Shown here piece after piece: positions 1 to 8,794 of a DNA stretch of 46,465 nucleotides; positions within the stretch are counted from its first letter, which is position 1, and the number at the start of each line of letters is the position of its first letter. Source of the stretch: Candidatus Izemoplasmatales bacterium (GTDB taxonomy: Bacteria > Bacillota_I > Bacilli_A > Izemoplasmatales > Hujiaoplasmataceae); the NCBI GenBank assembly GCA_050177605.1, contig JBFXGX010000001.1, forward strand, positions 1 through 46,465, in the 5' to 3' direction. The notes below the pieces were generated by a model. That model searched no databases. It was not told the DNA's origin and saw only the letters and a list, made by a program, of their open reading frames with translations. A program made the translations under genes and the position numbers.

Positions 1-28
1 TTAAAAAAAAGCCGATCAATCACAGAAT

Positions 29-181
29 TAGATGTTTGCATTTTTTACTCAAAAAAGAAAATAAAAAATGCCACCATCTACACAAAAGACATCTCTTATT
101 GCTTTTTTGCAATAAAAAATGCCCTTATCTCATGCGAACATCCTTTATTTCCCCCTAGAAAATAAAAAATGCCCTCATCCC
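29..181. repeat. Three degenerate ~50-nt tandem units with exact core AATAAAAAATGCC (60-72, 111-123, 161-173), each part of an inverted repeat
   Basis: Read directly. Inverted repeats span 29-80, 88-123 and 136-174. Confidence 0.85.
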
Positions 182-199
182 TACTGTGAGATAACGGCA
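161..199 (-). terminator. Riboswitch expression-platform terminator (predicted ON switch)
   Basis: UGCCGUUAUCUC-ACAGUA-GGGAUGAGGGCA followed by UUUUUUAUU. The 5' arm includes the aptamer's 3' ligand-binding/P1 nucleotides. Confidence 0.8.
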
Positions 200-266
200 A
201 CTGGCTACCATCTTGCGAAGGCCCTATAGCTTTGCGTCACTAAGTTTCCCTAGTTTTGCTATTTAC
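195..266 (-). ncRNA. c-di-GMP-I (GEMM-I) riboswitch aptamer, A20 variant
   Basis: Minus strand reads GUAAAU-A-GCAAA-ACUAGG-GAAA-CUUAGU-GACGCAAAGCUAUAGGGCCUUCGCAAGAUGGUAGCCAGUUGCCG. It has the GEMM-I hallmarks GCAAA, a GAAA-capped P2, GACGCAAAGC and AGCCAGUUGCC. Confidence 0.92.
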
Positions 267-272
267 AAATTA

Positions 273-301
273 ATTATATCTTTTTCGTAAGAATTAGTCA
301 A
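273..301 (-). promoter_or_regulatory. Sigma-A promoter driving the riboswitch leader
   Basis: TTGACT (301-296), 17 bp, TATAAT (278-273). Predicted start near 266, the first aptamer base. Confidence 0.85.
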
Positions 302-308
302 TATAAAA

Positions 309-358
309 ATAAAAAGATGTTTAGAATTCGGTAAACGAAAAACTAAACATCTTTTATT
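309..358 (-). terminator. Intrinsic terminator after the CvpA-family gene
   Basis: Inverted repeat AAAAGATGTTTAG...CTAAACATCTTTT just after the stop at 360. Confidence 0.7.
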
Positions 359-359
359 C

Positions 360-1082
360 TTAAATAAAGAAATCAATCAATTGTTTTAAAATATTGTTAT
401 CATATAACCATTTAGATAATCTAAACTGATCGGTTCCAAGTTGCATATCCTCCGCTAGGAATGGTCCGATGGCATCATTAATTCCTGGAATGGTAATGAG
501 TAATGCAAGAATAAACAACAAGATATAGATTATGGCGGCAACTTTGACAAATCCGAATAATAGTCCAAAAATCTTGTCGATTTGTTTAATGATTGGTATC
601 GAAGTGATTAATTTTGCAAGTATTTTGAGGAAGAAAAAGACAATCATCGAACCAAAGAATAACGTAATGAAAGCAATCACTAACAAAGCTAGAGATGTGA
701 TTAAAGGTTCTACTGCTTGAATAATACTCATTGTTACTTGATTAAAATCAATACTTTCAACAATCCAATCCACCATAAAGGTTGGCAGGCTCATCCCATC
801 AAAGGCAGCGCGAACATTTTCAGGATTCAATGTCTCCCCAAACAAATCTGTTCGGCTCAGTAAATATTCACTTACTTTGCCACTGATTGTTTCGCCAATC
901 CAGCCATCTAATATATTTGCGAATGGTCTCGCAAGAATGATCGATCCTAGTAAGCCAAATATACCACTAGTCATTTCAACTACTTTTAATAAAAAACCAC
1001 TTTTCCATCCAATGACTAAGAAGATGATAACAACAACGACAATTGCAACATCGATAATTCCAAACATATTGAGTATGTTCAT
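360..1082 (-). CDS. CvpA (colicin V production) family membrane protein
   Basis: N-terminal IIDVAIVV..GWKSGF and C-terminal IDKIFGLLFG motifs; 4 hydrophobic segments. Confidence 0.8.
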   Translation of the reverse strand: MNILNMFGIIDVAIVVVVIIFLVIGWKSGFLLKVVEMTSGIFGLLGSIILARPFANILDGWIGETISGKVSEYLLSRTDLFGETLNPENVRAAFDGMSLPTFMVDWIVESIDFNQVTMSIIQAVEPLITSLALLVIAFITLFFGSMIVFFFLKILAKLITSIPIIKQIDKIFGLLFGFVKVAAIIYILLFILALLITIPGINDAIGPFLAEDMQLGTDQFRLSKWLYDNNILKQLIDFFI

Positions 1083-1104
1083 CTTATTTCCCCCCCTAAG
1101 AAAG

Positions 1105-2574
1105 TTATTGATTTTTCTGTTCTTCTAAGTAATCTTTATAAGTCAGTATCATTTTTTTAGCAGCATACACTTCATCAATTCTCGTGATTGGTGTATGATG
1201 CGGAGCACTTTTTAAAATCTCAGGATTCGATATTGCTTCTTGTGCAATGTCTTTCATCACACGAATAAACTCATCGATTGTTTGTTTAGACTCTGTTTCC
1301 GTTGGTTCAATCATGATTGCTTGATGGAAAAGGAGTGGAAAGTAAATCGTCGGAGCGTGCATTCCATAATCAAGAAGACGTTTCGCTACATCTAAGGTTT
1401 TCACACCAGTAGATTGATCAATCAATCCATCAAAAACACATTCATGCATTGAAAAACCTTTGATTGGTAAGAAATAATCATTCTCTAAAGCTTTTTGAAT
1501 ATAATTCGCATTCAGTACAGCATAAGGCCCAACTAATTTCAAATTTTCTCTACCCAAAGTTTTGATATAAGTTAACGCACGTACCCATACCTTGAAATTT
1601 CCAAGGAATGAAGATACAGAGCCAATCGCATCTTTGCTATATTCTAAATAATAAGAATCGTCTAGCTTTTTTACACGAGGATTCGGTAGTAAATGTGCTA
1701 AATGAGAAACAACCCCGACAGGACCGCTTCCTGGTCCACCACCACCATGAGGTGTAGAGAAGGTTTTATGAAGATTGATGTGAATGATATCAAATCCCAT
1801 GTCTCCTGGACGAGCAACGCCAAGAAGTGCATTTAGATTCGCGCCATCATAATAAAGTAATCCACCTGCATCATGTACTAAAGAAGCAATCGTAAGAATA
1901 TCACGTTCAAAAATACCAACAGTATTCGGATTCGTAAGCATGATCCCAGCTACTTCGTCATTTAATACAGCTTTTAAAGCTTCAATGTCGACAGTACCTT
2001 GTTCTGTAGAAGGAATCTCAATCACTTCCATACCACATACCGCTGTCGAAGCTGGATTGGTTCCATGAGCAGAATCCGGAACAATCACCTTCGTCCGTTT
2101 AAAATCTTTACGATCTTCATGATACTTTTTCATAATCATTAATCCAGTTAGCTCGCCGTGAGCACCAGCATAAGGATTTAAACTGAATTCATCCATTCCT
2201 GACAATTCAGATAATGAAGCAGATAATTCTTCTGCCATTTTGAGTGCTCCTTGTACTGATGATGCACTTTGTAACGGATGGATGTGATTAAAACCAGAAA
2301 ATGAAGCAATTTCTTCATTGATTTTCGGATTGTATTTCATTGTACAAGATCCAAGCGGGTAAAATCCATTTTCAACCCCAAAATTTTTCTTCGAAATATT
2401 CGTGAAATGACGAAGTGTATCTAATTCAGATACTTCAGGAAGTGATGGGGCTTCTTTGCGAAGTAAACCATCTAATTCACTCATTGAATAATCACTGTTG
2501 AATGATTTTGGTAGTTGATAGCCAACTCTACCACTAACAGACATTTCAAATAATAAGAGATCGTCTTTTACCAT
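1105..2574 (-). CDS. gcvPB: Glycine dehydrogenase (decarboxylating) subunit 2
   Basis: YPLGSCTMKYNP, SAHGTNPAS and PLP-lysine motif NLHKTFSTPHGGGGPG. Confidence 0.97.
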   Translation of the reverse strand: MVKDDLLLFEMSVSGRVGYQLPKSFNSDYSMSELDGLLRKEAPSLPEVSELDTLRHFTNISKKNFGVENGFYPLGSCTMKYNPKINEEIASFSGFNHIHPLQSASSVQGALKMAEELSASLSELSGMDEFSLNPYAGAHGELTGLMIMKKYHEDRKDFKRTKVIVPDSAHGTNPASTAVCGMEVIEIPSTEQGTVDIEALKAVLNDEVAGIMLTNPNTVGIFERDILTIASLVHDAGGLLYYDGANLNALLGVARPGDMGFDIIHINLHKTFSTPHGGGGPGSGPVGVVSHLAHLLPNPRVKKLDDSYYLEYSKDAIGSVSSFLGNFKVWVRALTYIKTLGRENLKLVGPYAVLNANYIQKALENDYFLPIKGFSMHECVFDGLIDQSTGVKTLDVAKRLLDYGMHAPTIYFPLLFHQAIMIEPTETESKQTIDEFIRVMKDIAQEAISNPEILKSAPHHTPITRIDEVYAAKKMILTYKDYLEEQKNQ

Positions 2575-3905
2575 GATAAGCCTCCTAATATTTGAACTAA
2601 ATGATCAATTTCAGCCTTTGTTCTTTTTTCTGTTACGGCGAAGGTAATCATATTTTCAAATTCCTCGCCTAAATGAGATAAAGACAACCCACCTAAAATT
2701 CCATTTTGTTTTAATACCTCATCAATTAGTTCATGTGGAATATGTGTATTAATCACAAATTCCTTTAAAAATGGAGCGTCAAAAGCAGGATAGAATTTTC
2801 CTGTTTGAAGCAATTGATGATATAAGTAATGTGCCCCCTCATAGGAGCGTTCATTCACTTCTTTTAATCCTTTTGGTCCTAATAAACTTAAATATACAGT
2901 GGTATATAAAGCCATTAAACTTTGGTTTGAACAAATATTACTATTTGCTTTTTCTCTGCGAATGTGTTGTTCTCTCGCTTGTAAAGTTAACACAAAAGCT
3001 CTTTTTCCTAAAGCATCATAACTGAGTCCACAAATACGACCAGGCATTTTACGAACATGTTTTTTAGTTGTGGCCATATAACCTAAGGTTGGACCACCAA
3101 AGGAGAGTGGCATTCCAAGGGCTTGACAATCACCTACAGCAATATCAGCCCCATCTTCACCAGGCGTTTTTAAAACGCCAAGTGTAGAAATATCTGCGTT
3201 TTCAATCAGTAACGCTCCTGCAAGATGTGCAAGGTTCCCAACTGGCTCAAAATCTTCTACTATTCCAAAATAATTAGGCTTTTGGACAATGACACCTGCA
3301 ACGCTTGAATCAATACTGTTACTTAGCGTTTGGATATCAATACACCCATTTTTTGAAGGAACAACTTCAACATCGATACCTTTAAAATGAGCATAAGTCT
3401 TCACTACTTCAATGAGGACAGGATTCACATTATTTGGAATTAAAACTTTATTCCTTTTTGTGATTGAACACGCCATAAACATCGCCTCAGCTGTGGCTGT
3501 GGTTCCGTCATACATTGAAGCATTAGAAACGTCTAACCCTGTTAATGTTTGAATCATCGATTGGTATTCAAAAATATAAGTTAGCGTCCCTTGCGCAATT
3601 TCAGGTTGATAAGGTGTATATGCAGTTAAAAATTCTTGTCTAGAAACAATTGAATTGATTACCGAAGGTTGATAGTGATCATAAAACCCACCACCAGCAA
3701 ATACGGTGTATTCAGTATTTTGTTTCGCTAGCGCACTAAAATAACGACGAATCTCTTCTTCCGACATACTTTCGTCTAAATTATATTCACCTTCGAATAA
3801 CACACTCGAAGGAATGTTCTTAAATAATTCTTTCGTTTCTTGAATGTTCAAGAAACTTTTCATCTCTTCAAGATCCACATCAGTGTGTGGAAAGTACTTA
3901 AACAT
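2568..3905 (-). CDS. gcvPA: Glycine dehydrogenase (decarboxylating) subunit 1
   Basis: EFLTAYTPYQPEIAQG, NASMYDG, LQAREQHIRREKANSNICSNQ. Confidence 0.97.
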   Translation of the reverse strand: MFKYFPHTDVDLEEMKSFLNIQETKELFKNIPSSVLFEGEYNLDESMSEEEIRRYFSALAKQNTEYTVFAGGGFYDHYQPSVINSIVSRQEFLTAYTPYQPEIAQGTLTYIFEYQSMIQTLTGLDVSNASMYDGTTATAEAMFMACSITKRNKVLIPNNVNPVLIEVVKTYAHFKGIDVEVVPSKNGCIDIQTLSNSIDSSVAGVIVQKPNYFGIVEDFEPVGNLAHLAGALLIENADISTLGVLKTPGEDGADIAVGDCQALGMPLSFGGPTLGYMATTKKHVRKMPGRICGLSYDALGKRAFVLTLQAREQHIRREKANSNICSNQSLMALYTTVYLSLLGPKGLKEVNERSYEGAHYLYHQLLQTGKFYPAFDAPFLKEFVINTHIPHELIDEVLKQNGILGGLSLSHLGEEFENMITFAVTEKRTKAEIDHLVQILGGLSW

Positions 3906-3916
3906 AGTCGTTCCTA

Positions 3917-4297
3917 CTATTTCACCAATTCTTGATATGCTTCTAGTGTTAATAATCCATCAAGTTCAGAAAGGTCAGATAATTCAACCTTGAGCATCCA
4001 TGCACTATAGGCATCTTGATTCACAAGTTCAGGTTCCCCAATTAAATCTTCATTTACTTCGACAATTTCACCACTAATAGGAGAGATTAAATCTGAAGCA
4101 GCTTTTACGGATTCAACTGCACCAAAAACTTCTTCTTTTTCAAGTGTTGTGCCAGCTTCTGGAAGATCCACAAAAACAACACTTCCAAGTTCAGCTTGTG
4201 CGAAATCAGTAATACCTACTAATACTGTTTTGCCTTCTAATACTTTAACCCATTCATGACTTTCTGAATAATAAAGTCCTTCAACTAATTTTGACAT
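3917..4297 (-). CDS. gcvH: Glycine cleavage system H protein
   Basis: [12 protein letters not shown] and lipoyl-lysine motif VESVKAASD. Confidence 0.97.
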   Translation of the reverse strand: MSKLVEGLYYSESHEWVKVLEGKTVLVGITDFAQAELGSVVFVDLPEAGTTLEKEEVFGAVESVKAASDLISPISGEIVEVNEDLIGEPELVNQDAYSAWMLKVELSDLSELDGLLTLEAYQELVK

Positions 4298-4306
4298 TTT
4301 GTCCTC

Positions 4307-5401
4307 CTATTTAGTTTTATAATTTTTCTTTAAGAATTTACGATCGCGAACGAAACCGTTCACGAATTTATTACGAATTTGTACTTGTATCGATGTGCCT
4401 AGAGAACTATACTCTGTTTTGACTAAACCAAAGGCTATTGGCTTATTGAGCGAGATTGAAAGGTAACCAGTTGTTACATGCCCAATTTCTTCGTCTCCAA
4501 TGAAAATAGGATAATGTGCTCTTGGAATCGCTCTATCGATAAGCTCGATGCCAACAAGTTTATATTTACTGCCATCTTTGATTTCTTTAAGTAAAGCGTC
4601 TCGTCCGATAAACTCACCCTTATCTACTTTGGCAAATAATTTAAATCCAGCGGTAATAGGTGTGATTTCATCGCTTAATTCATGTCCATATAGTGGAAGT
4701 GCAGCTTCGAAACGAAGCGTATCCCTCGCTCCAAGTCCACATGGCACCACCTTCTTTTGAATGAAATCAACCCATAATTTTTGGATTGTTTCATCACTTC
4801 CATAAATCTCAAAACCATCTTCTCCAGTATACCCTGTTCTAGAGATTAAAACTTCTTCGTCTAATAGTGAGAAGTTACCAAATGTAAAGAATTCAAGACC
4901 AGATAAATCAAGCCCATACTCATCACGCATAAATGACTCCGCGAGCGGTCCTTGTAAGGCTATTTCACTGTAATCATCACTAACGTTTTTAATCGTGACA
5001 TCATAAGTTTCTGTGTTGGAAACAATCCACTCATAATCTTTTGCGATATTACTAGCATTGACGATGAGTAAAACCTCTTCGGTACTTACTTTGTAGACGA
5101 GTAAATCATCGACGACAGTTCCGTTTTCATAAAGCATAAAACCATAGACTACTTTCCCAAATGGTTTTGAATCAATTTCATTTGAAAACAGATAATTGGT
5201 ATAAGCCAAAGCATCTTTTCCCTTAACAATGATTTCCCCCATATGAGATACATCAAACATGCCGACTCTTTCTCTAACTGCGAGATGTTCAGCTTGGATG
5301 GAAGTATATACTATCGGCATTTCAAACCCAGCAAATTCTTCCATTTTTGCATGTAACTCTACATGCATGTCATAAAGACATGTTTTTTTGATTTCAGACA
5401 T
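4307..5401 (-). CDS. gcvT: Aminomethyltransferase (glycine cleavage T protein)
   Basis: GMFDVSHMGE, SRTGYTGEDGFE, PCGLGARDTLRFEA. Confidence 0.97.
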   Translation of the reverse strand: MSEIKKTCLYDMHVELHAKMEEFAGFEMPIVYTSIQAEHLAVRERVGMFDVSHMGEIIVKGKDALAYTNYLFSNEIDSKPFGKVVYGFMLYENGTVVDDLLVYKVSTEEVLLIVNASNIAKDYEWIVSNTETYDVTIKNVSDDYSEIALQGPLAESFMRDEYGLDLSGLEFFTFGNFSLLDEEVLISRTGYTGEDGFEIYGSDETIQKLWVDFIQKKVVPCGLGARDTLRFEAALPLYGHELSDEITPITAGFKLFAKVDKGEFIGRDALLKEIKDGSKYKLVGIELIDRAIPRAHYPIFIGDEEIGHVTTGYLSISLNKPIAFGLVKTEYSSLGTSIQVQIRNKFVNGFVRDRKFLKKNYKTK

Positions 5402-5431
5402 TTTTGCACCTCAAAAATAATTATATCATAA

Positions 5432-6406
5432 TTAATCTAGTTCGAATAACAAATCTAAAAAATCCTTTTTTGACAATCCATAAATCGTATTTTGAACATC
5501 TTCCTCGCTGATAATCGCATCAATTTTTCCCACTTCAAATGGGATGTTTTTAAATTTCATCAAGAACCCATCCAAGTCTGATAGTAAGAAAAAATCACCT
5601 AAAATATTCATCTTCTTAATGATATTATTTTTTAACTCTAAAGAGATTTCAAGTCCACCTGCATTCGTTCTTCCTTTACGAAGTAGTGTATAGTTTGGAT
5701 TTTTTCCATAGATGAAATCATCTTTTAAGTATTCTTTCTCAATCTTTGCTATTTTCTTCATATCTTCTTCTGTTAAAATGATTTGTTCATCGCTTAAAAA
5801 TCGTTTCATTTCGCTCTTAAAAGTATCAAGATCTAGTTCAAAGTGATCCTTTAAGTTCGTCACACGTTGCCTTACTGAATCAACGCCCTTTGAAATCAAT
5901 TTTTCATTATTTGGGGTGATTGATTTAACCATCGCTTCAACATCGACATCATACATCATCGTACCATGGACTACACTTCGATTTCCCACGCGATAAAACG
6001 CATTTCCTGAAATTTTTCTGCCATCAAGCATAATATCATTTCTCCCAGAAAAATAGGCATCTATCCCAAGTCTTTTTAATCCTTCAACCACTCTACCTAA
6101 ATATTTGTCAAAGACAAAGTCTTTATTAAAGGTCGTTGTAATAAACGAAAACATGATATTTTTGTTATCTGAATAGACACAACCGCCACCTGACTTACGA
6201 CGATAATATTCAATATGATTCGCTTTAACATAATCTAAATTCACTTCATTTTCAATTAATTGATTTCTACCAAAGATGACTGTCGGTTTCGTTTGCCACA
6301 TAAAGAAATACTCATCTTCAGGAAAATGAGTAGCTAAATATTCTTCTGTAGACAAATAAAAAGATAATCGACGGGTTTCATCTGTAGGAAAATTAACGTA
6401 TTTCAT
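5432..6406 (-). CDS. lplA: Lipoate-protein ligase A family
   Basis: FGRNQ, RRKSGGGCVY, KISGNAF, HGT motifs; adjacent to the gcv genes. Confidence 0.9.
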   Translation of the reverse strand: MKYVNFPTDETRRLSFYLSTEEYLATHFPEDEYFFMWQTKPTVIFGRNQLIENEVNLDYVKANHIEYYRRKSGGGCVYSDNKNIMFSFITTTFNKDFVFDKYLGRVVEGLKRLGIDAYFSGRNDIMLDGRKISGNAFYRVGNRSVVHGTMMYDVDVEAMVKSITPNNEKLISKGVDSVRQRVTNLKDHFELDLDTFKSEMKRFLSDEQIILTEEDMKKIAKIEKEYLKDDFIYGKNPNYTLLRKGRTNAGGLEISLELKNNIIKKMNILGDFFLLSDLDGFLMKFKNIPFEVGKIDAIISEEDVQNTIYGLSKKDFLDLLFELD

Positions 6407-6432
6407 TCGTCACCTCAAAAAGTATAAAATGG

Positions 6433-6462
6433 AAAAAAGAGAGTAAAAATTTTACTCTCTTT
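6433..6462 (-). terminator. Terminator overlapping the Fic-like gene stop
   Basis: AAAGAGAGTAAA-3nt-TTTACTCTCTTT inverted repeat with a U-tract on the minus strand. Confidence 0.55.
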
Positions 6463-7177
6463 CTAAAAACTCTTTAATTCTCTTTTCTTCAAGTCTTGCG
6501 AGGAACTCGGTAAATGGCACGATGTCTTTATTGATCTTGTATTCATCGATAGTACCAAAGTATTCATCTCTTAATCCCTTCGTAATTGAAACTGGTAAGA
6601 AACCTTCGAGTTCTAGTTGATAATTGAGTAATAGTCTTGCTAGTCGTCCGTTTGCGTCCATAAATGGATAAATTTTTAAAATTTGTAAGTGAGCAAATGC
6701 GGCTTTTTCAATTCCTTTTAATTCAGGATTTTGTAAATCTTGGAAGTATGCATCCATCTTTTTAAAGATTTTCAAGTAACTAGGTGGTACATGCTTCGCA
6801 CCAAGAATGAATAGGTCTCGGGTACGATATACGCCTCCAGGAATCATGCCATCAACAAGCATTGTGTGTAAATCCTTTACGACATTCTCATTGATTTCTT
6901 TGTGTTCACGAACCAAACGATGAACAGATTGAATCGCGTGATAGTTGTTAATAATTGCTTTGCGAATGTGTTCACTCTTATCAGGAAAAATTCTTGAATG
7001 ATCTTCCAACAAGAAACATACATCTTCGTAAGAAAAATCGCCATTATCAAATGTTGTAGATTCGTAAATATAAAGTTTATCGAATTCTGCACAGATTTCT
7101 TGAAGTTTTTCTTTACTTAATGAATTTCTCTTGTCGTTTAACGCCTGTAAAAGTTCTTCTACCTCTTGAAATTTCAT
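6452..7177 (-). CDS. Fic/DOC family protein with degenerate active site
   Basis: YPFMDANGRLARL versus canonical HPFxDGNGRxxR. Start moved to ATG 7177, which follows a GAGGTG RBS (track start 7207 lacks one). Confidence 0.8.
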   Translation of the reverse strand: MKFQEVEELLQALNDKRNSLSKEKLQEICAEFDKLYIYESTTFDNGDFSYEDVCFLLEDHSRIFPDKSEHIRKAIINNYHAIQSVHRLVREHKEINENVVKDLHTMLVDGMIPGGVYRTRDLFILGAKHVPPSYLKIFKKMDAYFQDLQNPELKGIEKAAFAHLQILKIYPFMDANGRLARLLLNYQLELEGFLPVSITKGLRDEYFGTIDEYKINKDIVPFTEFLARLEEKRIKEFLERE

Positions 7178-7274
7178 ATTATTCACCTCATACCAAAATT
7201 TTATCATAGAAAGCGTTTACTTTCAATTGATTTACTAAAAAATAGTTTGAAAAAAAGCAATCAAAAAGATTGCT

Positions 7275-8540
7275 TTATTTTGATGCATTTTCAAAAGAAG
7301 CTTTTACGATTTGATAAACAACTTCTTTTGGTAAATCTCCATAATTATTTGCTTTAAACCACAAATCATCTTTTGTAGATTTGTTTTTAGAGATTGTAGG
7401 ATACTTTATAATCAAACGAATCCCTTTTTCAAGATCATATTTAAATCCAATACGATAGTAATTGCCATAATTCATAAGCACAAGGAAAGGATTTCTATCC
7501 ACATAGAACGTAATCTTTTCATCAGCGATTTTAGTAACCACACCAGGAAATTCACGTACATATTCTACTAACATATCAAATGTAGGATCTAGCGGCTTAA
7601 ACATTTTAGGTTTTTCAATATAATAATCAATCGAACTTACTTGACGATCAGTTCCTGCAGTTTTTGTAAACTCAGGATCAATATTAACATCTTCATACAA
7701 CATTTCTGTAGGGTCTAAAGCCGTTTGTTTAGAGATAATTGCTTGATCCTTTCCAACAATAATGCTCTTTCTAGGATCAATTACTTTTGGAGCGTCAGCG
7801 TCTCTCTTCGCAGCTTTACGAGGTTTCGCTTCAGGCGTAGGTTCTACTTTTGGTGCTCCTTTTTCGATTTCATAAACTTCTGTTTCGAGTAATTCTTCTT
7901 CACTAACGCGATTTTTCTTTACGGCTAAAAGAATTAAATGTGCAATGTAAAATACAATAAATACAGCCGCAACTAAAACATAATTATAAGTATTTAATCC
8001 TGCATATGCTGTACCGATTAAAGTAATCATATAATAAGCAAGACCTGCACTAACAATCGCAAGTTCAAACAAGAAAACAAAAATCATGACTCTTGTGAAA
8101 TTCTTTCGAATTCTGAAGCCAGAAGAAAGAACATGTCCAAATCCAAGTAAGTTTAATAAATAAAGCCCAATACCACCGAGCGTATACAAAGAAGTAGGAT
8201 TTGCTGGAGCCAAATATAAATAGACAAATAATGCTAAAACGAGTGCCAGAATAGTTGCTGCAACACTATACATCCATAAAGGATAGAATGCTGCTCCAGC
8301 TGTTGTTCTAGAAAGAGTACCGTTGTTTGAGTATTCAATGTTGCTCACAATTAAGAAGATAATTCCAAACAAGAGTAGAACGCCAGCGATACCACCTTTT
8401 ATGTAGAGTTCATTATCAGCTAAAATCGGATAATTAATGCCCCATTGACCGAGATTATTCCAAGGAATTGCAACTGCAATGACTAGGATTAAAGATAAAA
8501 ACACGATGAAATTTGAAAAAACTTTTTTCAACTCAACCAC
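7275..8540 (-). CDS. Multi-pass membrane protein with C-terminal MmcQ/YjbR-like domain
   Basis: About 6 TM segments, a charged linker, then a C-terminal ~100 aa (PFLVL..IGFKYD..LIIKYPTI..WFK..DLPKEVVYQIVKASF) resembling YjbR by eye. Confidence 0.55.
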   Translation of the reverse strand: MVELKKVFSNFIVFLSLILVIAVAIPWNNLGQWGINYPILADNELYIKGGIAGVLLLFGIIFLIVSNIEYSNNGTLSRTTAGAAFYPLWMYSVAATILALVLALFVYLYLAPANPTSLYTLGGIGLYLLNLLGFGHVLSSGFRIRKNFTRVMIFVFLFELAIVSAGLAYYMITLIGTAYAGLNTYNYVLVAAVFIVFYIAHLILLAVKKNRVSEEELLETEVYEIEKGAPKVEPTPEAKPRKAAKRDADAPKVIDPRKSIIVGKDQAIISKQTALDPTEMLYEDVNIDPEFTKTAGTDRQVSSIDYYIEKPKMFKPLDPTFDMLVEYVREFPGVVTKIADEKITFYVDRNPFLVLMNYGNYYRIGFKYDLEKGIRLIIKYPTISKNKSTKDDLWFKANNYGDLPKEVVYQIVKASFENASK

Positions 8541-8560
8541 CTCTTCTTCTATTACTTTAG

Positions 8561-8589
8561 ATTATATAATCAATAGAATTGATTGTCAA
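8561..8589 (-). promoter_or_regulatory. Consensus sigma-A promoter with palindrome in the spacer
   Basis: TTGACA (8589-8584), 17 bp, TATAAT (8566-8561). AATCAAT-N3-ATTGATT at 8568-8584. Confidence 0.85.
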
Positions 8590-8765
8590 CAGACTAGCAA
8601 GAATTCTTGGCTAAACAAAAGGATTATCTCCGTTTTTGATAAGTAAACAGTTAAAAATTGCCATCATATAAAAAACACAATTACTATATATCTTTCATTT
8701 TCGTTCATTAAAATACCTATAAATTGTTATAATATGTGAAAATAATGATAATTTAAGTAAAATTA

Positions 8766-8794
8766 TTGCAATAAAAACGCAAAAAGTATATAAT
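8766..8794 (+). promoter_or_regulatory. Sigma-A promoter of the TetR gene
   Basis: TTGCAA, 17 bp, TATAAT. Confidence 0.75.

Noticed and set aside
80..141. Tiny minus-strand uORFs (MFA*, MSFV*) in the repeats
   Set aside because: The AUGs are by-products of the arm complementary to GGCAU, and only one has an RBS-like sequence. Not supportable without ribosome profiling.
60..181. The ~50-nt periodic repeats as a CRISPR array
   Set aside because: The exact core is only 13 bp and A-rich, the 'spacers' resemble each other and pair with the repeats, and there are no cas genes. A riboswitch expression platform explains them better.
5402..5431. Glycine riboswitch upstream of gcvT
   Set aside because: Only 30 bp of intergenic sequence, holding an extended -10 (TGATATAAT, 5428-5420) and an RBS. 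There is no room for an aptamer.
5432..7177. Fic-like gene as part of a lipoylation/modification operon with lplA-gcvH (SirTM-like)
   Set aside because: A terminator-like hairpin at 6433-6462 separates the Fic-like gene from lplA, gcvH sits in a complete canonical gcv operon, and no sirtuin or macrodomain gene is present.
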